The notes: generated by a model not told the origin, from the sequence alone. DNA of 58,689 nt from a virus (IMGVR_UViG_3300010412_000016:1-58689), one strand, 5' to 3'. Counted from the stretch's first letter, positions 35,641 through 47,566 are shown. Program-made: numbers and translations.

Positions 35641-37587
35641 ATGGCATTACAAAAAATTAACAAAAAATCGGCTCCGGTTCTAAAAGAAGTAAAATATTTG
35701 AATAAAAACTTTTTAGACTTTAGACAATCTCTTATTGGATTGTCAAAAGGGTATTATCCAAATACTTACACCGATTTTAACGAAGCATCGCCCGGCATGA
35801 TGTTCATTGAAATGGCATCGTACGTTGGTGATGTATTGTCATTTTATATTGACAATACATTTAAAGAAAATCTTTTGGCATACGCAGAAGAACGAAACAA
35901 TATAATTTCAATTGCACAGTCTTTGGGATTTAAACCACGATTAACATCTCCATCTGTTTGTGATGCCACTTTATTTCAAATTGTACCGGCTACCGCAGGA
36001 TTAGAACCCGACGATGATTATCTTTTACACGTTGATGTAAATGGAACATTTTATAGTGCAACAACTCCACAGGTATTATTTAGAAATATAGATGTGATTG
36101 ATTTTGCAGATCCTGCGGATAGAGAAGTTACTGTATATGCCAGAGATGGAATAACACAGGAACCAACATTTTTCTTAGTATCAAAAAAAATGCGATTAGT
36201 TTCCAGTGTAATCAAAACTGTTCAAGTGTCCGTAACTGATGCTGAAAAGTTTTTAACTGTTACGTTGGGTGACTCAAATGTAATTTCCGTTATCAGCGTT
36301 GTTGATTCCGAAGGTAATCCGTGGCACGAAGTGGATTTTCTAGCTCAAGATTTTGTTTTTGACGATACAACTCCAACAATATATACTTCTGAGCCGGGTG
36401 TTCCTCCACTATATAGAGCCCAATTAAAAACTGCTCCACGGCGATTTGTTACAAGAATAAGTGATACTGGGAATTTTCAATTGATGTTTGGCTCGGGAAC
36501 AGGAACAGTATCATCAGAACTGACAAATATTGATCCTCGTCACATTGCAAATCGTTGGTATTCTACTAATTTAGCAAATACGTCTCTAAATGACATTAAC
36601 TTTTTGGAATCGGATGCGTTTGGTGTTGCTCCCGCCAATACTACACTTACCATTACCTATGCAATAGGCGGCGGTGTAGAATCTAATGTTCCATCCAACT
36701 CTATTGTATATGTTGCATCTATAAACGTTTTAAATGATACTACCGATATGTCTGCGGCACAACGTTCTATTCTAAATACTGCAATACAATCGGTTGCAGT
36801 AAATAATGACATGCCGGCAACTGGCGGAGCAGCAGCACCATCGGTAGAAGAAATTCGCCAAAATTCATTGGGTTGGTTTAATGCTCAAAATCGTGTGGTG
36901 ACATATAGAGATTATGTTACCAGAACATTGGGTATGCCCGCAAAGTATGGGTCGGTGGCCAAAGCATTTGCCATCAAAGATGATCAGATTAATAAAGTTA
37001 TCACTTCTGATGTTAGTACTCGTACAGAAAATACAGATCAAAACCCATATAATAACGTGTCGTATGTAAATGATCCGGTTCGTCCTAATGCTGTTAATTT
37101 GTATGTGTTGGGATACAACAGTAATAAAAAATTGACCACATTGAATACGGCTGTCAAGGAAAATTTAGCATTGTACTTGGATCAATACCGGGTATTAACG
37201 GATGAAATAAACATATTGGATGCGTTTGTTGTTAATATCGGTGTTGAATTTGAAATTTTAGTATTTAAAAATTTCATCATGCGAGACGTGCTGGCTAGAT
37301 GTATTGATGCAATTGATCAGTATTTTAACATTGATTATTGGCAAATTCAACAACCCATTATTTTGAACGACATTGTGTTACAAATTGCGGCAGTTGAGGG
37401 CGTACAGTCAGTTAAAAATTTGAAAATATTTAATCGTTATAAATTTAAAGATGGATTGGATTATCAAAACTATCGTTATGACATTGATGAGGCAACGATT
37501 GATGGAATCGTTTACCCAAGTTTAGATCCATGTGTATTTGAAATTCGTTATCCTGAACGTGATATTATAGGTCACGCTACGCAATAA
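35641..37587 (+). CDS. baseplate wedge subunit (gp6/baseplate J-like)
   Basis: DFNEASPGMMFIE..SYVGDVLSFY, GG...S.EEIR, QNR.VT..DY. Confidence 0.85.
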   Translation: MALQKINKKSAPVLKEVKYLNKNFLDFRQSLIGLSKGYYPNTYTDFNEASPGMMFIEMASYVGDVLSFYIDNTFKENLLAYAEERNNIISIAQSLGFKPRLTSPSVCDATLFQIVPATAGLEPDDDYLLHVDVNGTFYSATTPQVLFRNIDVIDFADPADREVTVYARDGITQEPTFFLVSKKMRLVSSVIKTVQVSVTDAEKFLTVTLGDSNVISVISVVDSEGNPWHEVDFLAQDFVFDDTTPTIYTSEPGVPPLYRAQLKTAPRRFVTRISDTGNFQLMFGSGTGTVSSELTNIDPRHIANRWYSTNLANTSLNDINFLESDAFGVAPANTTLTITYAIGGGVESNVPSNSIVYVASINVLNDTTDMSAAQRSILNTAIQSVAVNNDMPATGGAAAPSVEEIRQNSLGWFNAQNRVVTYRDYVTRTLGMPAKYGSVAKAFAIKDDQINKVITSDVSTRTENTDQNPYNNVSYVNDPVRPNAVNLYVLGYNSNKKLTTLNTAVKENLALYLDQYRVLTDEINILDAFVVNIGVEFEILVFKNFIMRDVLARCIDAIDQYFNIDYWQIQQPIILNDIVLQIAAVEGVQSVKNLKIFNRYKFKDGLDYQNYRYDIDEATIDGIVYPSLDPCVFEIRYPERDIIGHATQ

Positions 37588-37600
37588 TTGAGATTGATGT

Positions 37601-38596
37601 ATGAGAACTTTTATTTTCCCAACAAAAGACACTTCAATTTATAGAGCATATCCATACAACAATGCTGGATATGATGAAATTTTAGAAGTAGGAAAACTTG
37701 AAAGTGATGGTGATTATTACCCCGTTCGTGGATTAATTCATTTTAATTTTTCTGACGTACCCTCGGGTTCAATAGCAAAATTGCGATTACATTTTGCTCG
37801 AGCAGAAAATTTAGACAGTACACAAATTTTATATGTCTATCCGTTGAGTCAATCGTGGGATGAAGGTACATCTTATTTTTATCAAGAACCAATTAATGTT
37901 CGGGATGGGGCAAGTTGGTATTCTGCATCATCTGTGTTAGGATGGGCACAAACGGGATCGGCATATTTAAACACACCGAGTGCATCTATACAAATTAATA
38001 CCCAACCATTAACAGATTTGGCAATTGATATAACGGATATCGTAGCAGAAATGTCATCGTCGACAATTCCCAATTATGGACTTTTGTTACGATTGGACGA
38101 TACTACGGAAAACGGCATAACTGACAAGGCAAACTGCAAGTTTTTTAGTAAACAGACGCATACTATATTTCAACCGGTGGTTGAAATATTACAAGACAAC
38201 GAAACGTATGTTACTGGTTCACTGCGACTGTTAACCTCATCTTCAGCACAGATTTCTACAACAACGTTGAAGACGCATTATGAAAAGGGAGAAAAGGATA
38301 TAATTCGTTTCTTGGTTCGTGATAAATATCCATCTAAAGTATTTGATACTTCTCCAAGATATAAAGCAAAATATGCACTACCTCAAAATACCTATTTTGA
38401 AATAAAAGACCTATCTGCTGATATGGCGGTGTATCCTGCGGATGAATATGATAGATTGGCGTGTGATGCTAATGGATCTTATTTTATATTAGATACGACA
38501 TATTTGTACAGAAATCGTGAGTATGGAGTTCGCTTGAAAATTGATTATGGGGTTGAAATTGAATATGTTGATGTTGGTGAATTTAGAGTGAAATAA
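37601..38596 (+). CDS. virion protein with DNRLRE/CBM96-like domain
   Basis: KDT.IY, RGLI.F, W.EG.S, DIT.IV, NYGLLL. Confidence 0.6.
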   Translation: MRTFIFPTKDTSIYRAYPYNNAGYDEILEVGKLESDGDYYPVRGLIHFNFSDVPSGSIAKLRLHFARAENLDSTQILYVYPLSQSWDEGTSYFYQEPINVRDGASWYSASSVLGWAQTGSAYLNTPSASIQINTQPLTDLAIDITDIVAEMSSSTIPNYGLLLRLDDTTENGITDKANCKFFSKQTHTIFQPVVEILQDNETYVTGSLRLLTSSSAQISTTTLKTHYEKGEKDIIRFLVRDKYPSKVFDTSPRYKAKYALPQNTYFEIKDLSADMAVYPADEYDRLACDANGSYFILDTTYLYRNREYGVRLKIDYGVEIEYVDVGEFRVK

Positions 38597-38598
38597 TT

Positions 38599-38964
38599 AT
38601 GTCATCAAATTACATACAAACGTTATACGTTACCAGTAATACTTTTTTTAATGATACACTCAATTTCAGAGTTAATCCGGCATTAATAGACCCGAGATTA
38701 ATAACGGAATTACAAACATCACAAAGTATCTTAGTCGGTACAGAATTTGAGAGAGAAGTTTCAGTAGATTTCAAATATATTGCACAGGTATATGTTGATA
38801 CTATTTTTGCTCCTGTAACCGCTTCACAGCACTATGAAATTACAGTACAAACTCCCATAGCAAACAGAGAAGTATTTTTGCAAACCATAGATACCACGTT
38901 TAGAGAATTGGATGTATTGGCAACGGAGTTAGATGATGAATTTATTGGAGAATATGTTGAATAA
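38599..38964 (+). CDS. virion/baseplate hypothetical protein
   Basis: Tight operon context. Confidence 0.6.
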   Translation: MSSNYIQTLYVTSNTFFNDTLNFRVNPALIDPRLITELQTSQSILVGTEFEREVSVDFKYIAQVYVDTIFAPVTASQHYEITVQTPIANREVFLQTIDTTFRELDVLATELDDEFIGEYVE

Positions 38965-39821
38965 TGGCAAACCAAATAAATTATAAACAAGACATTAATT
39001 CAATTGCTCGTAGAGATGGTGTATTACGATTCGCTACGAATTTAACTGACCCGATAATTCTAGAAGAAGATGCGGCATATTTTGCATATACTAGATTTGA
39101 TAATGTTGAATTACATCTATATGAAATTGCGTCAAATATATTAATTGCATCAGCAATTGTACCTCTTACGGACGGAACGATTTCAGCAAGAGTGTATACA
39201 AATGAGCATGTAGATTTTGCACAAAAAATTGTATTGGAAATGACCGAAATTGTCAGAAAATATTTTCAGGATGTTAAACCCGGAATATATGATTTAACTA
39301 TAAATTTCTTCTCAGACATGGTAGGTTCCAGTGAAGAAAAGTTACGAATTAGTACAATATCTCCGTCCAGAAAAGAAATTGTTGTAACTTTCGGTGATTC
39401 TCCAACTCCCCAACAATTATTACAATTGGCAGAGTTTGTACCACCTTCTGTAAATAAACGGTTGGCGCAGGGAATTATAGAGCAGTTATTTAATTCCCAA
39501 AATGTTCTTGATCAAACTGCCACCGCCGCAGAAAGTTTAACTGTAGACGATGTGGATGCGGCAACGAGTACCACCACGGCGGGAATTCGATTGGACTACA
39601 TTAATCAATATGATAAGTTGATGTCGCTGATACCCGGCCTATTAGATAAAATTTATAAAAATACGATTAAGCAATTGGTAGATGCAAGTACAATGTATCC
39701 AGAACGTTATACTAGAATTCAACAAGCGGATTTGGAACTATTTATAGTGACAGCTATCAATGAAGAAGTAACCAAGTTTATACAAGCGGGGCATTTTGAT
39801 GCTCGAGTGAGGTTAAGTTAA
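38964..39821 (+). CDS. virion/baseplate hypothetical protein
   Basis: I..ISPSRKEI motif; operon context. Confidence 0.65.
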   Translation: MANQINYKQDINSIARRDGVLRFATNLTDPIILEEDAAYFAYTRFDNVELHLYEIASNILIASAIVPLTDGTISARVYTNEHVDFAQKIVLEMTEIVRKYFQDVKPGIYDLTINFFSDMVGSSEEKLRISTISPSRKEIVVTFGDSPTPQQLLQLAEFVPPSVNKRLAQGIIEQLFNSQNVLDQTATAAESLTVDDVDAATSTTTAGIRLDYINQYDKLMSLIPGLLDKIYKNTIKQLVDASTMYPERYTRIQQADLELFIVTAINEEVTKFIQAGHFDARVRLS

Positions 39822-39823
39822 TT

Positions 39824-41632
39824 ATGGCATTTACATTAGATAAAATTATATTCTCACCCCTCCTTGATCCAATATCTATTACACACACCGTGGGATTTGG
39901 ATCGAGTTTGAGTCGTGTATACTCGGTTCAAAATACAGATGTAAACGAAGTTAAGCTCAAAATTAAAGCCCCACAGGGAATTACGGTATCCCCCACGTTT
40001 ATTCAATTGGCACCAAATCAAAAACAGAATGTTATGATTACGGCAGACCGAACATTTTTTGATTCGTTACCAAAGGGCTCTAACTCATTTAATATATCAT
40101 TTGAATTTGAAGGACAAGGAGATCCAATTGATCCAACAACCGATGTGATTGTGTATGAACTGCAGCTAACTTCTACACCCAGTCTGACTCTTAAGGTTGG
40201 TCAAACTTCGGCTATTACAGCGCAAGTGATGGAAAAGAATCTCACTCAGCAGACACAGAATGTTGCAATGAACAAGGTTATTGCATATCAATCATCAAAT
40301 GCGGGAGTTGTTTCTGTGGGTCAGTTAACCGGAATCGCAACTGGAGTTGGACCGGGAAACGCTGAAATTACCGTTTCAAGTGCTGGCGTTGGTTCCGCAC
40401 GGGTGTTGGTTGGAGTCTATGCTGACCCACCAGCACCGCTGTGGTGGGAGAAGGTTGAAGTTAATAAGACTTATAGCCAGAGATTTTGGAGAGGTCCATA
40501 TACTACACCGATACAACCATATCCCACCCGTGAAACGAGAAATGGTGTGGTATATGATGTTTATTATGTAGAAGTGTCAGAAGACAGAATGAATGAAACT
40601 ACATATTATTATGATTGGAGAGATGTAACCAATTTGGTATCTGGACTTACCGACTCGGAAAAAATTGCGCAGGGGTACGTTTCTAGTTCAACAAAGCCGG
40701 CGGCACCAACGCCGGTTAAGGTTGATACTGGTGTAGTTCGTGTTGTGACAAATTCTAGGTTCGAAGAACGTATTGTACCGGTAATAGTAAGTCCATCACC
40801 GACACCATTCCCATCTATCAGTCCATCGCCATATGCTCCAATGCCAACACCGCCACCAACGCCATCACGATATATTGCACCATGTCCTGAGTCTGGCAGC
40901 GTAGAAAGTTCATTACAATTAGCAGATGGTTCGTTTGAAATTTGTTATTGGACTAATGATCCGATAAATGGTGGATGTGATGTTATATGTAAAACTACAG
41001 GTCCGGTATTCCCATCACCAACACCAACGCCGTACCCATCACCATCTAAACCTGCAACACCACTTACGTGCTGGACATATAGAATTTGGTTTGATCAGGC
41101 GAGTATTGAAGTTTATCCACCACCAACTATTACTTACACCAATTGTAATGGTGCCGTAGTTACCAGTGATGTCAGTTTCAATAGTTCAGCATCCAATCCA
41201 CAGACGATTTGTGCATACAACATTTTAAGTACATACAGAACTAATGTTGGAACTGCAACAGCCGGATGTAGCGCACCGCCACCACCGCCGGCATCGCCAT
41301 CGCCGTCACCGACACCACTTCCACCACAAACTATAACTCTTGGAGTATTTGGTGGTAGAGGAACTATTAACGGAAAAGGAACGACTTTTAGTACAACCGT
41401 TCCGTGGGGCTCTGCAATTTCAATTAGTTGCGTTCCTGCCAGCGGGTATGAATTTGATTACGCGACAACTGTAAATTCGTTTGGAGTTGGTACGGGAACA
41501 TATATTTATCCGGATTTCATGGTATACGCCAATGGTAATTTGGATGAAGTAAGAGCTTACTTTAAAGCATTACCAACGTCCGGACCAACTGGCGGAACCT
41601 ATGCCGGTGATGGTAAACAACTTTTGTTTTAA
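39824..41632 (+). CDS. virion protein with Ig-like domains and P/S/T-rich linkers
   Basis: Big_2-like YQSSN..VVSV...G.ATGV..G.AEIT; SPSPTP linkers; Cys-paired modules. Confidence 0.7.
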   Translation: MAFTLDKIIFSPLLDPISITHTVGFGSSLSRVYSVQNTDVNEVKLKIKAPQGITVSPTFIQLAPNQKQNVMITADRTFFDSLPKGSNSFNISFEFEGQGDPIDPTTDVIVYELQLTSTPSLTLKVGQTSAITAQVMEKNLTQQTQNVAMNKVIAYQSSNAGVVSVGQLTGIATGVGPGNAEITVSSAGVGSARVLVGVYADPPAPLWWEKVEVNKTYSQRFWRGPYTTPIQPYPTRETRNGVVYDVYYVEVSEDRMNETTYYYDWRDVTNLVSGLTDSEKIAQGYVSSSTKPAAPTPVKVDTGVVRVVTNSRFEERIVPVIVSPSPTPFPSISPSPYAPMPTPPPTPSRYIAPCPESGSVESSLQLADGSFEICYWTNDPINGGCDVICKTTGPVFPSPTPTPYPSPSKPATPLTCWTYRIWFDQASIEVYPPPTITYTNCNGAVVTSDVSFNSSASNPQTICAYNILSTYRTNVGTATAGCSAPPPPPASPSPSPTPLPPQTITLGVFGGRGTINGKGTTFSTTVPWGSAISISCVPASGYEFDYATTVNSFGVGTGTYIYPDFMVYANGNLDEVRAYFKALPTSGPTGGTYAGDGKQLLF

Positions 41633-41643
41633 GAGAATTGTAA

Positions 41644-42510
41644 ATGGCGTCATTAGCATTGAAGTATCAAAATAAAATAACACCAATTGATCCTACAATT
41701 CCCGGCGGAGCCGCAACATTTGCGGGATATGTTAACGAATTGGTTAACATGGGGTTAATAGCATATAATGATTCGGGAACTGAAGTTAACCCAATAGTAG
41801 ATGATATTCAATGGAGCATTACAAATTCCACGGTTGCGACACTCGGAGCCACGGTTGGATTAACTAACTCAGTTACATTTGGACCAAATATTGGAGAAAC
41901 TACTATTACAGTGGTGTGGAAAAGTAAAAATGTTAAAGGAACATTTAGAGTAATAACAGTTTCTCATACAACAATGACCACGGTTTCATATGATGATGGT
42001 GTTGTACTCGGCCAACTTATTAAAATAGTTACAGAACCAACTGTTCCCGGTTCTAATGACCCCGCAGGCCGAACAAAAATTTACATTGCTAATGATACTA
42101 TTCCAAATCTCAATGAGATTAATAGTAAAACGGGACAATCTACTATAGATTCACGAGGAAGTATTATAAAAATGACAGATGCAATGACTATTACTGGAGA
42201 TGGTTTATTACCCATCAAAATTAATAGTAATGTCGGTGATCCAATTAATGTTAAAAAAACACTAACATTTTATAATAAAACGTTAAATGTTCCTATACAG
42301 GTTACATTGTTAGCAGCTGATTATTTTGATATCTATACTGAGTTTGGTTCACTGAAAAATTTTAATTTCATTGTACAGCCACAAGAAGTTCAAACGGTTG
42401 AATATGGAATTAATAAAGATACAATTAAATTGTTATCTCCGGATGTGTATAACAATCCAATTCGTATAAAAATGTTTTCGTTGGATTCTGGACAAATACT
42501 ACTGAGTTAA
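41644..42510 (+). CDS. virion protein with Ig-like domain
   Basis: WS..N.TVAT...G.TTIT. Confidence 0.6.
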   Translation: MASLALKYQNKITPIDPTIPGGAATFAGYVNELVNMGLIAYNDSGTEVNPIVDDIQWSITNSTVATLGATVGLTNSVTFGPNIGETTITVVWKSKNVKGTFRVITVSHTTMTTVSYDDGVVLGQLIKIVTEPTVPGSNDPAGRTKIYIANDTIPNLNEINSKTGQSTIDSRGSIIKMTDAMTITGDGLLPIKINSNVGDPINVKKTLTFYNKTLNVPIQVTLLAADYFDIYTEFGSLKNFNFIVQPQEVQTVEYGINKDTIKLLSPDVYNNPIRIKMFSLDSGQILLS

Positions 42511-42513
42511 TAT

Positions 42514-45500
42514 ATGGTGAATCAGATAGTTGCTTATACTCTTAACTTACCAATTGATGTATATGTTGTAGATCCGATACCGTCATCTACAAACTTGTCA
42601 GTGGTAGTTAATATAGTAGAACCCATCCTTGCGATTGAACCATTAGAAATACAAGTTGGAAGTTCTATTGAATTGACACCGATTCAATATAATCTTACAC
42701 AGACATTGAAGTTATTAGCCGAAGCGTTGGTACGGGACAAGATTACAACCGCATTTGACACCGACATTGAAATGAAGATGTTGTTGAATTTTGGAGACGA
42801 TATTCAACAGTTGTTGGTTGCAAAAGAATTCTACCAATCAAAGCCAACCCATGTCAAATTGAAACTTCTGGATCCATTAATTCCACAATTTGATATTAAT
42901 TCGGAACTATGGATTTCACGAGAGGTTGCATCGTCTGTCTTGGATAGAGTTAATTTACTCCCCGCACCACTAATTGATACTACACCCTATCTTCGTCCAC
43001 GAAATACCAACATTCGTTTTGCAAATCTGTCAGGAAAAAATTTACGAAATATCACATGGGATAAATTAAATCTTAATATTACTGGTAATTTAACTGGATC
43101 AGCGCCTACCGCATTGTGGAATTATAAAGATGACGTAATGCGAAGATGGTATACCGACGATTGGAAATCCAGTGAGTTAAATATAGACTTTTCTGATTAT
43201 GCTAACTTTGTAATGTATGGCTCAGCAGAAAAACGACTTGCCGTATTTGTGGAAAAATTAAAACAGATAGAACATTATCAATCACAATCATATAGTGCTG
43301 ATATCTCGGCATCCCTCCAAACATCGCAGAAATATTCGTTGGAGATAGAAAATATAATACGATCTTTTGATCCTTATGAAACGCATCTGTATTTCGAAAC
43401 TGGAGTTCCATATTCTGCATCAACTACGTGGGCGGGCACCGAATACAATGTGGACGGAACATGGCCAAAATCTGGCGGAGTTCCCGTATCGCCATACAGT
43501 GTAACTGGTATAGACTGGTATACTTCACAGAGTGCTATTGCAGAACGATTTGATGGAGCTAATCAAAATTATTTGACGAGTAATTTACCGGGTCATATTC
43601 TTGACAATGATGAGAATATTGAATTTTGGGATTTTATTGACATGATTGGTCATTATTTTGACAATATTAAACCATACGTTGATGCGGCTAAATATATCTA
43701 CAGCCGTACTCCAAATGTCGATAGAGAGCTATCCGAAGATTTAATATGGCAGGTGGCATATTCATTTGGTACTGAATTACCAAATAAATCTGCACTAGAT
43801 ACATTAAGTAGATATCTATTTGGTGAAAATAGTTCGTTGGCAGGTCGGGCATTTACATCGGAAATTTGGAAGCGAATTTTACATAGCTATGTGTTCCTAA
43901 CAAAGATGAAAGGAACAAGATCAGCAGTTCGTTCTATTTTCCATTCGTTCGGTATTTCCGCACATCAATTACCGATACGAGAAACTGCTCGCCCCGTAAC
44001 ATCATCTGTGTTCTACTCAGATGAAAGTACATATGCGTTGAATTTTAATGATGGTGCATATATTATTGTACCGTGGACAGCATCGGTACGAGATAACTAT
44101 GCAATAGAATTTAGATTTAGTACCACCGATAACAATTTAACTACCTTGTTAAATGCGGAAGATTCGTGGAAACTTCAACTGGTTCCCCATCCAACAATAG
44201 AAACTTATTCAAGATTAGAAGTACAAGATGGTGCAAGTACCACACTCTTATCTTCGTCATATGACACATTTACTGATGGTACTTTTTATAATGTGGTATT
44301 ACAAAAAGATTTGAGTGGTACACCAAAAATTGAATTGGATGTACGTCAAACTGATGGAACTCGCGTTTTGGTATCGTCATATAATAGCATTTCAACTGGT
44401 TCATTTACAACATTTGATACCCCAACGAACATCTATCTTGGAGGAAGTGGTTCTATATCCACCAATACCTTCAGTGGAATGGTGGATGAATTTAGAATTT
44501 GGGGTATTACGTTAGATGAAGAAACCAAAGAAGAACATGCATATAATGCCGGAAGTCATACCGGAAATGAAATCTCTGATGCGTACAACTATTTGTATGT
44601 GATGTTGTCGTTTAATAAACCAGAAAACGTTGCCGGTTCATTCGGTTTGGTAACTAACGAAACACCATATTTTAACGTGGATGGTATTAGTAAACCATTT
44701 GACATTCTTCGTACTAACTTATCTGTATTTCAAACATATGGATTTGCAAATGTGGCAACATATCCATATCAAACGAATATAATAACCAGAGTTTCTCGTT
44801 ATCGTGGAATTGTTGGTGGAAGTTTATCGTACGTTTCAAATAAGGTACGAATTGCAGAGCCACCGGTGACAGGTTCAGACTATACATTGTTATCACACAA
44901 AATGAGTATAGTTCCAATTACCGATAAACGCGACGAAACGGTTGGTTCAAATGTGGTTGGCATTTTTATGTCTCCAACTGACGTAATTAATCAAATGGTT
45001 TATCGTGCGTTTGGTTATTTTGATTTGGACGATTACATTGGATACCCGGGAGACAAATTCAAAAATAAATACACATCGTTATATACTATTCAAAATATCT
45101 TTGCAAATCAGTATTTCAAGGGTTATAATCCCGGTGAATTTATACGATTCTTTGATAGTTTTACTAATAGTATATTTGAGTATTTAATAGAATTTATTCC
45201 CGCGAAGGCGGTGTTGGCCCGTGGTATTATAATAGAACCATCCGTGTTAGAACGGTCTAAACAAACAATAAATCAACCGCTGCGCATTGATGGTACGGGG
45301 ACAAGAAATAGTAATGCTGGTACTCATGATTCAATTTATGGATTGGAAGCAGAAACTATTGATACAAAAACTGATATTGGTCTAACCGGTGATTTAACAA
45401 ACTTCTTTGGTGAGATTGGTGTAGAATTACAATCAGCATTCAGTGAATATTCAACATTTGAAGGTCGTGTAACTGAGTCGTCACGAACTGAAATAGATTT

Positions 45501-46869
45501 GGAATACTCTTTGTATGAAGCGGATATCACTGCATTCGATCAGTCTGATGTCCCGGCTGAATTTACATACTACGAGGGACTTACTGCAATTGATAATGAA
45601 ACTACCATATTGCCAGAATATGTCACTTTTGAAACAAGTCAGAGTTTAGATTTGTCCGTTGATGGTGAATATGAATATTCTAATTTTGATTGGTATGTAC
45701 CACTCAATGTCAACTATACGCAATCTGCTGTAATGCCATACGAGCTTGCTGGTTCATATCCATTTGTGTATGAAATTGGCCCAAATACCGATTTAAATGA
45801 CATTGGAGTTACCACATATTTTAATCAAAAAGAAGGAATATACAATAGAATTTCATATATCAAACGACCGATAACTGCATCGTATATGACAATACCCCCA
45901 ACTACTATTCCTGAGTGGACGCCGGGTGAGTTTTACACAAAGGGGGACATTGTTCAACAGGTCGGTTTATACGAACAGGAATTTTGGAGCGGATCTGCTG
46001 TGCAAGGTTCTGCACTGAGTGGTAACGGAAAATATTTTGTTTTTACAACCGATCAGCAAATTTCCGGTTCAACCATAATTAAATTCCAATCATTCAATCC
46101 TCCCCAATATGATACTCGTAATTGGCAACCAATACAGTATATTACTAAGGCATATAATACACGTAAGCGAGTTATATATGTTGACCCAACACAAGAAGAA
46201 TTGTTAACTGGTAGAGTACAATTAACATGTGTTGAGTTAGATAGAATTGCAACCGATACGGGATTACGAAAAATTTATAAAACGGATAATATTGAATTAT
46301 TGGGAAGCTCATCGACAACTGGTGTTATTAAGCTTGAAAAAGCATTTATTATTTTAACATTGTTTAGTACCGAAGATAATTATAGATTACGGTTGTATGG
46401 TAATGAAGAATCTAGAAATGTAGATTCGGGAAGAGCATTTGGAGTAGACCCAGATGAATCAGTAAATGTTATTTTAGATATCATTTTTGAAAGTGGAACC
46501 CAAAATGTTGAAATACGAATGAATCCTCCGGTTTCTGGAATGATAGATAATGCAGTTTTACCGAATTTCGTTTATTATACACTAGATAATTTGGATTCTA
46601 CTGCAAAAAATTTAGAAATAACGTTCAATTTATTTATTTTAGAAGGTGTTTTAAAGGTTCCAAAGGAATATCTAGCAAGACATTACAGATTTTTCCGTGA
46701 TAATAGTACGGGTACAAAACGACGAAATTTTATAGGGTGTTTACAGACTCAAGAAACGACTACCGATAATAAACCGCCAGTAGAAATCTTCTCGTCTGAG
46801 GGTAATACGTTAACGGTTCAACCGGGTAGTAACACAATTGGTGGTAATGAATTCTTGAACGTGACTTAA
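42514..46869 (+). CDS. large baseplate/tail protein with LamG-like domain
   Basis: DMIGHYFD, KMKGTRSAV...FGI baseplate pattern; FSG.VDEFRIW LamG motif; GIIIEP.VLER.K. Confidence 0.7.
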   Translation: MVNQIVAYTLNLPIDVYVVDPIPSSTNLSVVVNIVEPILAIEPLEIQVGSSIELTPIQYNLTQTLKLLAEALVRDKITTAFDTDIEMKMLLNFGDDIQQLLVAKEFYQSKPTHVKLKLLDPLIPQFDINSELWISREVASSVLDRVNLLPAPLIDTTPYLRPRNTNIRFANLSGKNLRNITWDKLNLNITGNLTGSAPTALWNYKDDVMRRWYTDDWKSSELNIDFSDYANFVMYGSAEKRLAVFVEKLKQIEHYQSQSYSADISASLQTSQKYSLEIENIIRSFDPYETHLYFETGVPYSASTTWAGTEYNVDGTWPKSGGVPVSPYSVTGIDWYTSQSAIAERFDGANQNYLTSNLPGHILDNDENIEFWDFIDMIGHYFDNIKPYVDAAKYIYSRTPNVDRELSEDLIWQVAYSFGTELPNKSALDTLSRYLFGENSSLAGRAFTSEIWKRILHSYVFLTKMKGTRSAVRSIFHSFGISAHQLPIRETARPVTSSVFYSDESTYALNFNDGAYIIVPWTASVRDNYAIEFRFSTTDNNLTTLLNAEDSWKLQLVPHPTIETYSRLEVQDGASTTLLSSSYDTFTDGTFYNVVLQKDLSGTPKIELDVRQTDGTRVLVSSYNSISTGSFTTFDTPTNIYLGGSGSISTNTFSGMVDEFRIWGITLDEETKEEHAYNAGSHTGNEISDAYNYLYVMLSFNKPENVAGSFGLVTNETPYFNVDGISKPFDILRTNLSVFQTYGFANVATYPYQTNIITRVSRYRGIVGGSLSYVSNKVRIAEPPVTGSDYTLLSHKMSIVPITDKRDETVGSNVVGIFMSPTDVINQMVYRAFGYFDLDDYIGYPGDKFKNKYTSLYTIQNIFANQYFKGYNPGEFIRFFDSFTNSIFEYLIEFIPAKAVLARGIIIEPSVLERSKQTINQPLRIDGTGTRNSNAGTHDSIYGLEAETIDTKTDIGLTGDLTNFFGEIGVELQSAFSEYSTFEGRVTESSRTEIDLEYSLYEADITAFDQSDVPAEFTYYEGLTAIDNETTILPEYVTFETSQSLDLSVDGEYEYSNFDWYVPLNVNYTQSAVMPYELAGSYPFVYEIGPNTDLNDIGVTTYFNQKEGIYNRISYIKRPITASYMTIPPTTIPEWTPGEFYTKGDIVQQVGLYEQEFWSGSAVQGSALSGNGKYFVFTTDQQISGSTIIKFQSFNPPQYDTRNWQPIQYITKAYNTRKRVIYVDPTQEELLTGRVQLTCVELDRIATDTGLRKIYKTDNIELLGSSSTTGVIKLEKAFIILTLFSTEDNYRLRLYGNEESRNVDSGRAFGVDPDESVNVILDIIFESGTQNVEIRMNPPVSGMIDNAVLPNFVYYTLDNLDSTAKNLEITFNLFILEGVLKVPKEYLARHYRFFRDNSTGTKRRNFIGCLQTQETTTDNKPPVEIFSSEGNTLTVQPGSNTIGGNEFLNVT

Positions 46870-46920
46870 AACGAGAATAATACATATTTATACTAGACAT
46901 ATGGTTTGAAGGAGCCAAAA

Positions 46921-47553
46921 ATGGGATATCTAAATAACGCTACAATAACAGTCGATGCTGTTTTAACTAAGAAGGGTAGAGAACTACTCGCTCGAGGCCG
47001 AACCGGGTTTAATATTACACAATTTGCCGTGGCCGACGACGAAATTGATTATACTCTTTATACAACTTCTCACCCGCTTGGAACCGCTTATTACGGTTCT
47101 ATCATCGAAGCTATGCCGGTGTTAGAAGCAATTCCAGACGAGACGCAATCTCTTCGTTTTAAGTTGGTGACATTACCTCGAGGAACAAAAGAAATTCCGT
47201 TTATTAGTCTTCCAGTTAGTAGTATTACACTAACTTATGGTGTTGGAACACCATTTAGTATTACGCCTACCACATCACAAGGATTTAATGGTCCGGGATT
47301 TGGTTATACGGCAATTTTATATGATTCGGACGCCGCTGTATTATCCGGCACCGGATTGACAGGTACAGTTACTACACCGTTGTTTATCGGAGATACAATG
47401 AGTGCTAATTCTGTGGTCGTACAAGGTACATCGTTTACATTAAGTCCAAAAGATGTTCGTTCACAACGCACCACCAAACTTACACTAATCGGTAATCAGA
47501 CCGGCGCTGCAGTAAACGTTCCTGTTGTAGTTAACCCTCGTCCTACGGTCTAA
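46921..47553 (+). CDS. virion structural protein
   Basis: MGYL.N.TITVDAVLTKKGRELLA...DDEIDY; AAGGAG RBS; late motif upstream. Confidence 0.7.
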   Translation: MGYLNNATITVDAVLTKKGRELLARGRTGFNITQFAVADDEIDYTLYTTSHPLGTAYYGSIIEAMPVLEAIPDETQSLRFKLVTLPRGTKEIPFISLPVSSITLTYGVGTPFSITPTTSQGFNGPGFGYTAILYDSDAAVLSGTGLTGTVTTPLFIGDTMSANSVVVQGTSFTLSPKDVRSQRTTKLTLIGNQTGAAVNVPVVVNPRPTV

Positions 47554-47566
47554 GGAGTTTTAACAT